From the NCBI GenBank assembly GCA_000743035.1, contig CP008937.1:1-32000 (forward strand): a stretch of DNA of 32,000 nt, given 5' to 3'. Made by a program: the position numbers and the translations under genes. The notes under the pieces were generated by a model that was not told the origin of the DNA, made no database searches, and was given only the letters and a program-made list of their open reading frames with translations. The DNA is from Candidatus Paracaedimonas acanthamoebae. Lineage in GTDB: Bacteria; Pseudomonadota; Alphaproteobacteria; Caedimonadales; Caedimonadaceae. This document shows positions 17,601 to 25,432 of the stretch, one piece after another. Each line of letters begins with the position of its first letter. The first letter of the stretch is position 1.

Positions 17601-20281
17601 GCTTGTAATGTAAGCGCATCAATCTTTATTTTAAGATTGCCAACTTCTTGAGCAATTTTCCAATAATGCTGGACAAGATTAAAGTAAGGTTTTTGCTCGA
17701 CAGAGAGATCATAGTCGGTTGACAATCCTTTATAATCTGATCGTGCCACATGACTTACCATTCCTTTAAGATCAGAAGCGATCCCTTTCGATACATACCC
17801 TTTAAAGGTTTCCTTGTGACGGGTTAACCATATGAGAAGCTGGTTGCTATTAAAGGAGCTAAAGAAGCCATAAGTATGATCAAAGGTAGCTCCTTGAGAT
17901 TTATTGATCGTGACTGCATACCCATGGGTCAGAGAATCATAAGACTTTGAATCGAAGCCAACGAGTCTTCCATCATGAAGCCTGACTTCAACAGTTTGTC
18001 TCTTCAAATCAAATGATTCTATAACTCCAAGCGTCCCATTCTTCACTCCAACTCTATCATTCTTGCCTTTTTCAAGCGTTTGCACATGTCTTTCATGATG
18101 ATCATTCTCAAGAAACATGACGCGATCCCCGACCGCAAAACGCCTTCCATAAGCAGATTTTCTAAAGTGGTGTGTTTTAGGTCCTTGAAATGATTGCTTA
18201 GGGTCAAAGATTCCTTCTCGCCCAAATATAAATTCATTTCCTAGTTTTCCTTGAGACATAAGAGCTTCCCGAATAAGCTCATTAAGTTCAACGACGTCCT
18301 TATTTTTCTGAGCTAAAGCCATATGGGTTTGATAAGGAGATAGAGCAATTCCCTCTAAGTAATCAGCAACAAGAGAGATCTTCGCCTCAAAATCACGCTC
18401 TCTAAAATCAAAGTGGTCGCGTTCATAATAAGGTTTTAGACCATCTTCAATGCAATGCTCATTTAAAAGGGATGAGGCTTCGCGCATCCATGGCTCATCT
18501 TGGCGAACAACGCTTTTAATCTCATAAGCGCCTATCTTCTCTTCAATAAGCCGTGCCGCATCAAGACCATGAAGGGCTTTAATTTGATTATTGTCTTGCA
18601 CAATTTTAAGACAAGCGCCTGATCTTTCAATCTCTTGAAGAAGGCCTTTCCACAAAGCCCCATGGACCATACTGCCTTCATCAAGAATTATCACATGCTT
18701 GTTGGTGAGGCGCCATTTTTGAAGCCTCTCAATTTCAGCCTTCGTTTTAGTAAGGGCTTGGCCTTTAAGTTCTTTGTTTTCAATAAGCCTTTTATATTTA
18801 TCTTGGTCATCCCACTTGCACTTCAGCTGATCCAACGTATATCCTTCAATACCCAGTTCACTTGAGAGTTGATCTGCCACTTTTCCTTGGAAAGATGTCC
18901 CTATCACCGTAAATCCTGATTGCTTATAAGCCTCAACCACAGGCTTAAGGACGGTACTCTTTCCTGTTCCAGCTTTACCTGTGAGAACACTCATAGCTTG
19001 ATTAGAAAGGAGATGATTGATGGCCCCTAACTGCTCTTCAGAGAAAGTTATTCTTTCTTCTTTTTGAGTGCGTTCGATCGAAATAAGTTTATACTTTTCC
19101 TTAATGAAAGATGTTTCTTTTGCCTTTAAAATTTCAACTTTCTCAGCAATTAACGTTTCAAGATTTTTCATTTCAAGTGACGTATAAAACGCCTGGCCTT
19201 TGATGTTCTCTCCTAAATAAATGGCATGCTCTTGAGACAAAAGCTTGGCCGTGACACTCTCTATCGTCCTTGAATAATCTCCCTTATCAAATTGAATACT
19301 CTTGCTTTCATAAAGGTGATTATCATTGAGGGTCTTTCCAATCATGGCAATGGAGGGGAGTTCAATGCCATCCACTTTTGCTTTTAAAATGGCGTAGAGT
19401 TTTTCGTCACCCCCCACACGTTTAAAAATTTCACGGCATAAATCCACTTGCGTAAAAACGGCTTTTTGAGACGCCACAACCTTGATGAGTTCTTCAGGAT
19501 GGTTGAGGAGAATCTCAATGTTTTTTTGTCGGATTTCTTCGTTATCTTGAACATTTCGGCTGAGCTCTTGCAGACGATGCCTGGCATTGGGTCCTAAATG
19601 TTTTGTGGCCACAAGTTTAATGCCTTGGTCTTTGTAAGAGCGGTGATCAAGATGATAATCATAGCCTCTTTCTTGAGCAAAGTGATTACTGATTTGAGCC
19701 ATCTGTTTTCTGATTTCAACAAGCTCTGGCTTCTTAATAAAAAAGCGCCTTTCTGCAAAGCTTCCATCAACAAGAGGGCGGGTTGTTGCCATGATATGGA
19801 GATGGGGGTTACCCTTCATATCATGAATGGCATATTGAGCCACGAGGCCATGAGCGACATAACACTCTTTAACAATTCTCTCAGAAAGTTCTATTAAATG
19901 TTGCTTATTTGTGATCTCAAGAGGGAGTGCAAAGTTAGCTTTATACGCTGTAAGACATGAGGACAAAAACTTCTCTTTTGCAGCAAGGCTTTTGGCATTT
20001 TTAACTTCATCTTTGTGCCCTCTGTATCTTTTATTGGCAATATAATCTTCAAAATCTTCTACCGTTTTCCAAAGAGTTTCAGCATCATAAACCCACTCAC
20101 GGGAGCCTTCTGGAGAAATGATATTTGAAGATAGGACTTCTTTAGCTTTTTGGGTGTAATCCCACGTAGAGCCAGTGCGCTCTTCAACCATTATGGTTGC
20201 AGCAATATAAGCAGCGTGTGATGCAACAGAGCCTGCTGCAGATCGTGTAAGACAACTTAAGTGTGCATGATAGATAGCCAT
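14696..20281 (-). CDS. traA: TraA-like fusion protein (1861 aa): MobA/MobL (MOBQ) relaxase + RecD/TraA_Ti-type helicase + Toprim primase
   Basis: N-terminus MAIYHAHLS... with Tyr25 in SHAAYIAA, which matches RSF1010 MobA (MAIYH..., Y25). His-triad YAIHDMKGNPHLHIM. Walker A LTGKAGTGKST (about nt 18952-18987), Walker B VIILDEGSM, motif TINKSQGATFD. Toprim motifs YIAEGIETALSL (about nt 15672-15710) and VILCCDADEIG (about nt 15553-15580). Primase zinc-ribbon-like segment WYNFAAGEGGDIFKYI (about nt 16201-16255). Confidence 0.95.
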   Translation of the reverse strand: MAIYHAHLSCLTRSAAGSVASHAAYIAATIMVEERTGSTWDYTQKAKEVLSSNIISPEGSREWVYDAETLWKTVEDFEDYIANKRYRGHKDEVKNAKSLAAKEKFLSSCLTAYKANFALPLEITNKQHLIELSERIVKECYVAHGLVAQYAIHDMKGNPHLHIMATTRPLVDGSFAERRFFIKKPELVEIRKQMAQISNHFAQERGYDYHLDHRSYKDQGIKLVATKHLGPNARHRLQELSRNVQDNEEIRQKNIEILLNHPEELIKVVASQKAVFTQVDLCREIFKRVGGDEKLYAILKAKVDGIELPSIAMIGKTLNDNHLYESKSIQFDKGDYSRTIESVTAKLLSQEHAIYLGENIKGQAFYTSLEMKNLETLIAEKVEILKAKETSFIKEKYKLISIERTQKEERITFSEEQLGAINHLLSNQAMSVLTGKAGTGKSTVLKPVVEAYKQSGFTVIGTSFQGKVADQLSSELGIEGYTLDQLKCKWDDQDKYKRLIENKELKGQALTKTKAEIERLQKWRLTNKHVIILDEGSMVHGALWKGLLQEIERSGACLKIVQDNNQIKALHGLDAARLIEEKIGAYEIKSVVRQDEPWMREASSLLNEHCIEDGLKPYYERDHFDFRERDFEAKISLVADYLEGIALSPYQTHMALAQKNKDVVELNELIREALMSQGKLGNEFIFGREGIFDPKQSFQGPKTHHFRKSAYGRRFAVGDRVMFLENDHHERHVQTLEKGKNDRVGVKNGTLGVIESFDLKRQTVEVRLHDGRLVGFDSKSYDSLTHGYAVTINKSQGATFDHTYGFFSSFNSNQLLIWLTRHKETFKGYVSKGIASDLKGMVSHVARSDYKGLSTDYDLSVEQKPYFNLVQHYWKIAQEVGNLKIKIDALTLQAEQSAKKISLNKEWGHYNDLVQTRNKDASEILQNWSQCSTFMHQTGVRRETLEVQAGLRPRLLSMAEEAALEKVEEYFKKADQARRLWKGISQSHPGSLSHNHPEYKDYAKIKEIRNELAYEIASFPGLYKPFFRVKEQGKSYVTYSGTLYEKRPQGFKAVMSQAEQYIEHRKTQAYEHQLTFNERAAYKKVQEYRSLHYKAVASFNHKKSIQEIIQKRDRLAYEIVFHYSIIQPFVGKLGLKEETFLKHAVLGEGRTIIEAYQLSKNIEEKTKLADHLVSYTLNEQGSADKALYSLLRQENLDFQRLKFEQGWYKAHQDGKELSIHTLQELEQAYHDLTTFREKKQVQDQWTILNADTSKLDHFPDGTPHNNKVKLERKKSSLEIDLNQKKVVNTYDREQVLACLTSSHIEGIFARHIEGWVANPKCYIKSHEIRYGQYKEFWVNRQTGAWYNFAAGEGGDIFKYISKSQGIRYGEAIKYLGTELNAPQLTSLNWEEGAQRQNELKLQTEREEQLKIEKSQEKTNKLYKASHPIQGTLAEQYLKEHRKINTAGLPSDLRFILGFKDYESHKIYPALAAFARDAEGKLTAAQVTCLDPNTANKADIDVKKRSLGTIKGTAVEIQAEDGPTYIAEGIETALSLKEAGIQGRILVTLGLSNMRNVGSHIKDKDQPVILCCDADEIGSSAWKSSEQNLKKLQEEGFKASITRPQGEKGRDFNDILQEEGIAAVQEVLKDIASFKKRLPQKETLFPQHTSLHSSKTEVISPQLGKSANAQKEITQGAFSQEESEKYGPNALELYLSCKEKLKTLPSIMKAQSEEKLHIKKLNKESLYHAHIIWKDKDLKQQACNLGLEAEIQKKAEIYHYDIAWDLHSKKIQEENALDLYLKCELKLKNLPSIVVAKGQEKEEVKALLKQARLHAHAVYQDPSLKMKAQELGLEKAIKHHAQIHKQEMEQSIKQSSSFKFSR

Positions 20282-20315
20282 ACGACAATATATGGCCGCC
20301 GGCAGGGCCGCACAA

Positions 20316-20344
20316 GAACAATTTTAATTGTTCCTAAGTGCGCC
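20316..20344 (+). other. oriT core: 8-bp inverted repeat followed by an RSF1010/R1162-type nick motif
   Basis: GAACAATT (20316-20323), tt, AATTGTTC (20326-20333), then C TAAGTGCGCC (20335-20344). The R1162/RSF1010 oriT has an inverted repeat followed by TAAGTGCG|CCCT. It lies in the traA/traC-like divergent intergenic region, as in Ti plasmids and RSF1010. Confidence 0.7.
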
Positions 20345-20470
20345 TTTAGAGTTTTGGCAAAAAACTCTTGCAGGACTGCTGCTTTTTTGCTTATATATTT
20401 TTATTCAAATCAAGCTGTGGGGAGCTTTCCGATAAGAATATTTAACTAACTTTTTTGGAAAGAATGAACT

Positions 20471-20770
20471 ATGCAAGCCATTGAAAAAAAGATCACTAAA
20501 CTTGAAGAGCAAAAAGTAAAGTTGGAGAAAGAAATTGCTGAACTCCAGCAGAAGAGACACGAAGAATTTTTATCCCTCTTGAACAAAATTCCCTCCCTCA
20601 ATCTTGAGCCTATGACACTTATTGGGGGGCTTCTTCATGTAATTGAGGAAACGCAAAAGAAACCTGAGCTGAAGGAGAAGTGGCTACTAGCTGCCCAGAA
20701 ATTTTGTGGAAGACCAATTCCTCAAAAAAGAGCAAAGGAATCTCCAGCTTCTTCACAAAAGGCTGCGTAA
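20471..20770 (+). CDS. TraC(Ti)-like relaxosome accessory protein (99 aa, coiled-coil)
   Basis: Divergent from traA across oriT. Charged N-terminal heptad region (KKITKLEEQKVKLEKEIAELQQKR). Size and position match Ti-plasmid TraC. Sequence similarity was judged only loosely. Confidence 0.45.
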   Translation: MQAIEKKITKLEEQKVKLEKEIAELQQKRHEEFLSLLNKIPSLNLEPMTLIGGLLHVIEETQKKPELKEKWLLAAQKFCGRPIPQKRAKESPASSQKAA

Positions 20771-20771
20771 A

Positions 20772-21155
20772 ATGACGCAACAATTTAATAAAAATTCTTG
20801 GGACTTAGAGCATTATAAACGTAAGCTAAAGCGTTTTGAAGTGAGTGATCGTAAAGCAGAGAATCGGACAAAAATCCAACTTGGAGGATTGATTTTAAAG
20901 TCAGGTCTTGCATCATTTTTAGAAATACAGCCTGGTGATGATCTGCAGCTTGATCCTCTCGCACGCGAGAAAGCAACCACGTTGTTGGGTGTTCTTCTTT
21001 ATGCAACAGAACAGCTTCACAATGATCCTGATGGTACGCTTAAACAAGAATGCTCTCACCAAGGTATGAAAGCGATGATGAAACAGTTCTTAAGATCAAA
21101 AGATCCTATCTCTTCTTATAAACCTAACCTCACTTCTTTTGGAGAATCCCTATGA
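20772..21155 (+). CDS. traD: TraD(Ti)-like conjugal transfer protein (127 aa)
   Basis: Start at 20772, 1 nt after the upstream stop. The motif RKAENRTKIQLGGLILKSGL...LLGVLLYATEQLHNDPDG resembles Ti TraD (R..TREKIELGGLIVKAGL...). Confidence 0.65.
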   Translation: MTQQFNKNSWDLEHYKRKLKRFEVSDRKAENRTKIQLGGLILKSGLASFLEIQPGDDLQLDPLAREKATTLLGVLLYATEQLHNDPDGTLKQECSHQGMKAMMKQFLRSKDPISSYKPNLTSFGESL

Positions 21156-21379
21156 ACCCTCACTCAAGTCAGTTTGATAAGCTTAATCAATTAATCCAAG
21201 TTTCTCTTAATTCTTCTCATGATCCTATTGCCAAAGCTTTAGAAATTGCACGTGTCTCTGGCGCTTTTAAACAAAGTAATGTCATCTTCTTCAAGAATAA
21301 ACTTTATCCCCTCAATCCTCATAATCCTCAGCAGTCGTTGCAACAACTTAAAGCCTTAAAGTTGCAGAAAGCAGGATAA
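21152..21379 (+). CDS. hypothetical protein (75 aa)
   Basis: ATGA overlap with the traD-like stop, and its own stop overlaps the next start (TAATG). I recognise no motif. Confidence 0.5.
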   Translation: MNPHSSQFDKLNQLIQVSLNSSHDPIAKALEIARVSGAFKQSNVIFFKNKLYPLNPHNPQQSLQQLKALKLQKAG

Positions 21380-21702
21380 TGCACGCAGAATTTTATCTCA
21401 AAGCTCAAAATAAAGAGGTGGACATCTTTAGATATTATCACATCATTGTGATGCCAACTCTTTTTAAAGATTGGTCTCTTCTCATTGCCAATGGCAGAAT
21501 AGGACGAAAGGCACGGCAAAGATCATTGTTATTTACCGATCTTAACCTCCTCATTAAGAAGATTAAGCAGATTCTCCATAAAAGACTCAATGCTGAAAAA
21601 CGTTTAGGATGTAATTATAAAATTATTGATCATTCTTACGATGATGAATTTAAGAGGCAAGTCATTCCTTACCTTCCCATAACTTTGTCCTCTCTTTGTT
21701 AA
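21379..21702 (+). CDS. WGR-domain protein (107 aa)
   Basis: The segment FRYYHIIVMPTLFKDWSLLIANGRIGRKARQRSLLF...LHKRLNAEKRLGCNYKII matches the WGR-domain pattern (LF..W.L....GRIG..G....F......KR..GY). Confidence 0.6.
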   Translation: MHAEFYLKAQNKEVDIFRYYHIIVMPTLFKDWSLLIANGRIGRKARQRSLLFTDLNLLIKKIKQILHKRLNAEKRLGCNYKIIDHSYDDEFKRQVIPYLPITLSSLC

Positions 21703-21863
21703 AAGATGCTTATTTTTTAGGCAATCGCTTTTATGCGACCAAGGCCTAAAGAGAGATGCATTTTATCCACAAGGTTTTCCCTTAAAGATGGGGATAATTT
21801 TCCTTTAACAGGAAAGGAAGTAAATGTTACAAGAAAACCATGTAAGGACCAAGGACCCACTAA

Positions 21864-22394
21864 ATGAACGATAGGCCCAAACTCACGATCAAAAAGCCCT
21901 TAAGCCCAGAAAAGCACTCTCAACTCTTCCAAGCTTTAAAGCCATTACAAACACAAGCTGTAAAAGGAAAGCAAAAAGAACTTCAAGAGCAGAAGCAAAA
22001 AGAGAGAGAGGCACAGAAAAAGAAGAGAGCAGCAACTAAAATAGCTTTAAAATGGCTTTATGAACAATTTCCCGCTTGCTTTAATCCTAAAGACTTAAAG
22101 CCGCTTAAACTTCATATTGATAAAGACATTTTATCTTTTCTTGGAAAAGAGAACTCTCCTTCAAAGGTTAAATTGAGATATGCTCTTACCTATTACACTA
22201 ATAACATTGACTATCTTGAGGCTGTTATAAAAGGCACACATCGGTATGACTTAGAAGGCCATCAGGGAGAAGAGATTACTGCAGAACAAAAAGCATATGC
22301 TCAAGAAAAACTTGAGAGAATTCTTCAAGCAATTAAAGATAAAAAACATCCTAAAAATAAGTCATTCACACAAGAAGAAGCAGACAAACCCTAA
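21864..22394 (+). CDS. ProQ/FinO-family RNA chaperone (176 aa)
   Basis: ALKWLYEQFPACFNPKDLKPLKLHIDKDILSFL...SKVKLRYALTYYTNNIDYLEAVIKGTHRYDLEGHQGEEIT aligns by eye with the E. coli ProQ N-terminal domain ([29 protein letters not shown]...[35 protein letters not shown]). Confidence 0.85.
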   Translation: MNDRPKLTIKKPLSPEKHSQLFQALKPLQTQAVKGKQKELQEQKQKEREAQKKKRAATKIALKWLYEQFPACFNPKDLKPLKLHIDKDILSFLGKENSPSKVKLRYALTYYTNNIDYLEAVIKGTHRYDLEGHQGEEITAEQKAYAQEKLERILQAIKDKKHPKNKSFTQEEADKP

Positions 22395-22448
22395 TAAAAA
22401 GAGTAAGATAAATCCTATATTATTTCAATTCTTAAGAGCAGTTATAAC

Positions 22449-23372
22449 GTGCCTAAAAATAGATTAAGCCCTCATGATCGTTTCATCCGTTCTGTCTTTA
22501 CGAATCCTAAAGTCGCGAGAGAATTTTTTGAAGCCAATCTTCCTGAAAAGGTAAAAGAAGCAATAGACTTAAACAACATTGAACCACAAAAAGAGTCCTT
22601 CATTGATGATAAATTAAAACAGCAAATATCAGATATTCTCTTTGCTACTAAGTTCAATAATGAAGAGGGTTATCTATATGTGTTGTTGGAACATGCGTCT
22701 AGTCCTGACAAAATGCTTCCCTTAAGGCTTGTTAAATACATGTCAGCTATTGTGGATCAGCACCTTAAGAAATCAGAAGGTAATAAGCTCCCTATAATAT
22801 ATCCGCTTGTGCTCTATACGGGGCAAAGGCCTTTTCCTTACTCAACGGACCTCTTTGAACTTTATGGCGCGAATAAAGATCTCGCCCGAGAGATTATGGG
22901 ACGACCTTACAAGCTTGTTGACCTTACTCAAGCCTCAGATGAAGAGCTTAAGAAGTACTTTTGGTTTGGAGCTGCCGCTCTTATTGCAAAACACATAAAA
23001 GATCCAGATATCCTTCCCACTCTCAAGATAGCCATTGATCTTTTTAGAAAGATTGAAACTCAGGGAGAAAACCAGTATATTGAAGATTATATCTATGTCT
23101 CTCTTTCTTATATCTATGAAGCAGCAGATATTAAAGACGAGCAAGAATTTATGAAGGCTATTCGAGAAGGCCTTCTAAATATAGATGAGGATAAGATTAT
23201 GACACTCGCTCAGAAATGGGAACAAAAAGGCTTAGAAAAAGGGCTGCAACAAGGCTTAGAAAAAGGACGTCTAGAAGTTGCGCGTTCAATGTTTTTAAAA
23301 GGGATTGATCCGGCTCTTATTAGTGACGTCACAGGCTTGAGTGAAGAGCAAATCTTAACCCTTCAGCATTAA
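22449..23372 (+). CDS. Rpn-family (YhgA-like) recombination-promoting PD-(D/E)XK nuclease / putative transposase (307 aa)
   Basis: GTG start. N-terminus PHDRFIRSVFTNPKVAREFFEANLP, core YLYVLLEHASSPD, and the C-terminal repeat GLEKGLQQGLEKGRLEVARSMFLKGIDPALISDVTGLSEEQI are all typical of the family. Confidence 0.85.
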   Translation: MPKNRLSPHDRFIRSVFTNPKVAREFFEANLPEKVKEAIDLNNIEPQKESFIDDKLKQQISDILFATKFNNEEGYLYVLLEHASSPDKMLPLRLVKYMSAIVDQHLKKSEGNKLPIIYPLVLYTGQRPFPYSTDLFELYGANKDLAREIMGRPYKLVDLTQASDEELKKYFWFGAAALIAKHIKDPDILPTLKIAIDLFRKIETQGENQYIEDYIYVSLSYIYEAADIKDEQEFMKAIREGLLNIDEDKIMTLAQKWEQKGLEKGLQQGLEKGRLEVARSMFLKGIDPALISDVTGLSEEQILTLQH

Positions 23373-23417
23373 AAGATTCTTTTTATTCTTTAATGTGTCT
23401 CTTCAATAATTTTATAT

Positions 23418-23434
23418 CCCTTATGCAATAAGGG
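23418..23434 (+). terminator. short hairpin downstream of the rpn-like gene (weak terminator or operator candidate)
   Basis: CCCTTAT gca ATAAGGG (7-bp stem, 3-nt loop), followed by the T-rich tatttgatattt. Confidence 0.25.
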
Positions 23435-23505
23435 TATTTGATATTTGAACGCTTATCATTTATGTCTATAAGGAAGGGGAGGATAACCTAACTGAGAAAA
23501 TAAAA

Positions 23506-23931
23506 ATGAATCCTTTACCCTTAGCCTCTAATCTTTTTCCTTCTTATCACCCTTTACCCTTTTATTTCATGCAGGTTACAGCTGGTTTCCCTTCTCCAGC
23601 GTTAGATTATCGAGAAAAATCCCTAGACCTTAACGAGCATTTAATCCCTAATCCTGTCTCTACTTTTTTTATGCGGGCGACAAATGATGCTCTCAAAGAA
23701 TCAGGTATTTTAGCAGGTGATCTTTTAATCGTTGATCGTAGTTTAAAGCCTCACTCAGGATGTATTGTTATTGCAGGTATAGCAGGTGAACTTTGTATCA
23801 GGCGTTTTGAAAGAATGGATAAGAAAATAATCCTTAAAACAGACGAGTATTATAATGAGCCTTTTTTCTTGAGGGCTGAGGATGAACTCCAAATATGGGG
23901 GGTCGTCACAGCCGCCATCCACTCTCTCTAA
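23506..23931 (+). CDS. umuD: UmuD-like S24-fold protein (141 aa) with a substituted catalytic dyad
   Basis: Aligns without gaps to E. coli UmuD around GFPSPA..Y and GDLLIVD. UmuD S60 corresponds to Ala62 (GCT at 23689-23691) and K97 to Arg99 (AGG at 23800-23802). Its stop overlaps the umuC start (TAATG). Confidence 0.85.
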   Translation: MNPLPLASNLFPSYHPLPFYFMQVTAGFPSPALDYREKSLDLNEHLIPNPVSTFFMRATNDALKESGILAGDLLIVDRSLKPHSGCIVIAGIAGELCIRRFERMDKKIILKTDEYYNEPFFLRAEDELQIWGVVTAAIHSL

Positions 23932-25181
23932 TGCGGAAAATAGCTCTTGTTGATATGAACAACTTTTATGTTTCCTGTGAGCGCGTCTTTCGACCTGACT
24001 TAGGGAATAAACCTGTCGTTGTCTTAAGCAACAACGATGGCTGTGCCATTGCAAGGTCCAATGAAGCTAAAACCTTAGGAATTAAAATGGGGGAGCCTTA
24101 TTTTAAGTTTAAAGAAATTGCTCAAAAGATGGATATGGCTATCTTTTCTTCAAACTATACCCTCTATCAAGACTTCTCTCATCGAATTATGGCTTTACTA
24201 AAATCTCAAGTCCCCCTCATGGAAGTCTACTCCATTGATGAAGCTTTTCTTGATTTAACACATGTTCCTGAAGAGGAGCTTTTTTCCTTTTGTCAGCATC
24301 TCAAAGATCAAGTAAGGCAATATTTAGGAATTCCAATTTCAATTGGGGTCTCTTTAACTAAAACGCTCGCTAAAGTTGCTAACCATTTTGCGAAAAAATC
24401 TGAAGGAGTCTTTATTCTTCTTGATGAAAAAGAAATCCATACTTTTTTGAGTCGTCTCCCTGTAAATGAGATTTGGGGCATTGGGCGCAATCATACAAAG
24501 TACTTGCTTACCCAAGGGATTGATACAGCCCTTAAGCTTAAACAAGCCCCTCCTAAATGGATTCGCCAAAAAATGAGTGTTGTGGGTGAGCGGATTGTGA
24601 CTGAGCTTAATGGGAAAATTGCTTATGACTTTGAAGAAGACTTAGCTTCTAAAAAAATGATAACGGTTTCACGCTCATTTCCAAAAGATGTGACCTCTTA
24701 TGAAGAATTAGAATGGGCTATTTGTTCTTTTATTGAAAGGGCAACTGAAAAATTAAGAGAAGAAAGAATGCTTGCCCAAAAATTAGGGATCTTTATTAAG
24801 ACGAATCGCTTTAGTGAAGGGACCTACTACAGTAATTTTCAGCTTATTCACCTTGATGTTGCAAGCCACTACACTCCCTCTTTTATTACGGCTGGTAAGA
24901 AGGCTTTAAAGGATATCTATAAACCTCACCTTGCTTATAAGAAAGCAGGCGTATGTCTCTTAAGTTTAAGGTCACAAGAAGAATTTCAAGCGTCATTCTT
25001 GAGCCAAATTTCTTCAAAAAAAGAGCAATTAATGCTAACGCTTGATAAACTTAATCAAAGATACGGCAAAAGGACTGTCAGTTACGGAGCTGTTAATCAA
25101 GCAACAACTTCCATCACGCACCGCCAATTTCTTTCTCCCCACTACACAACAAGCTGGAATGAACTCCCAAAAGTTAAGTGA
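23931..25181 (+). CDS. umuC: UmuC-like Y-family DNA polymerase (416 aa)
   Basis: [24 protein letters not shown]...[10 protein letters not shown]...[10 protein letters not shown] are hallmark Y-family (Pol V) motifs. Translationally coupled to the umuD-like gene. Confidence 0.95.
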   Translation: MRKIALVDMNNFYVSCERVFRPDLGNKPVVVLSNNDGCAIARSNEAKTLGIKMGEPYFKFKEIAQKMDMAIFSSNYTLYQDFSHRIMALLKSQVPLMEVYSIDEAFLDLTHVPEEELFSFCQHLKDQVRQYLGIPISIGVSLTKTLAKVANHFAKKSEGVFILLDEKEIHTFLSRLPVNEIWGIGRNHTKYLLTQGIDTALKLKQAPPKWIRQKMSVVGERIVTELNGKIAYDFEEDLASKKMITVSRSFPKDVTSYEELEWAICSFIERATEKLREERMLAQKLGIFIKTNRFSEGTYYSNFQLIHLDVASHYTPSFITAGKKALKDIYKPHLAYKKAGVCLLSLRSQEEFQASFLSQISSKKEQLMLTLDKLNQRYGKRTVSYGAVNQATTSITHRQFLSPHYTTSWNELPKVK

Positions 25182-25432
25182 AGCAATGAGCACTCTAAAA
25201 AGTTTTTAGCTTAGCAATGTGATTATGAGAAAGTTTCTCCATATATGTTTAGGCATGTTTAAACATAAGACTCCTTTTAATCAGGAAATTCTAAAATTAT
25301 CTCGTGACCTTAAACACAGTCTCAAAGATCTTTTAAACAAAAACTTATTATCTCCGTTTTCTTAGAAAGATCATGGTATGCTTCCTCAAAATGTATTTCG
25401 CAACAGTCCTTCATTATAAGAGAGGAAATTAA

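Noticed and set aside
15265-19897. Eleven short ORFs on both strands within the traA coordinates (for example 16156-16413, 16190-16453, 17066-17344, 18635-18865 and 19598-19897).
   Set aside because: All are embedded in the continuous 1861-aa relaxase/helicase/primase frame, whose catalytic motifs span the whole length. None has a motif or RBS.
23373-23505. SOS (LexA) box upstream of the umuD-like gene.
   Set aside because: I looked for the gammaproteobacterial CTGT-N8-ACAG pattern and did not find it. Only the CCCTTAT-gca-ATAAGGG hairpin is present. The host LexA motif is unknown, so I make no regulatory call.
25225-25365. 46-aa ORF (MRKFLHICLGMFKHK...) and a 12-bp palindrome ATGTTTAAACAT in the umuC / GNAT intergenic region.
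   Set aside because: The ORF has no RBS, no recognisable features, and lies in an AT-rich spacer. The palindrome is AT-only and isolated. The evidence is insufficient for a gene or operator call.
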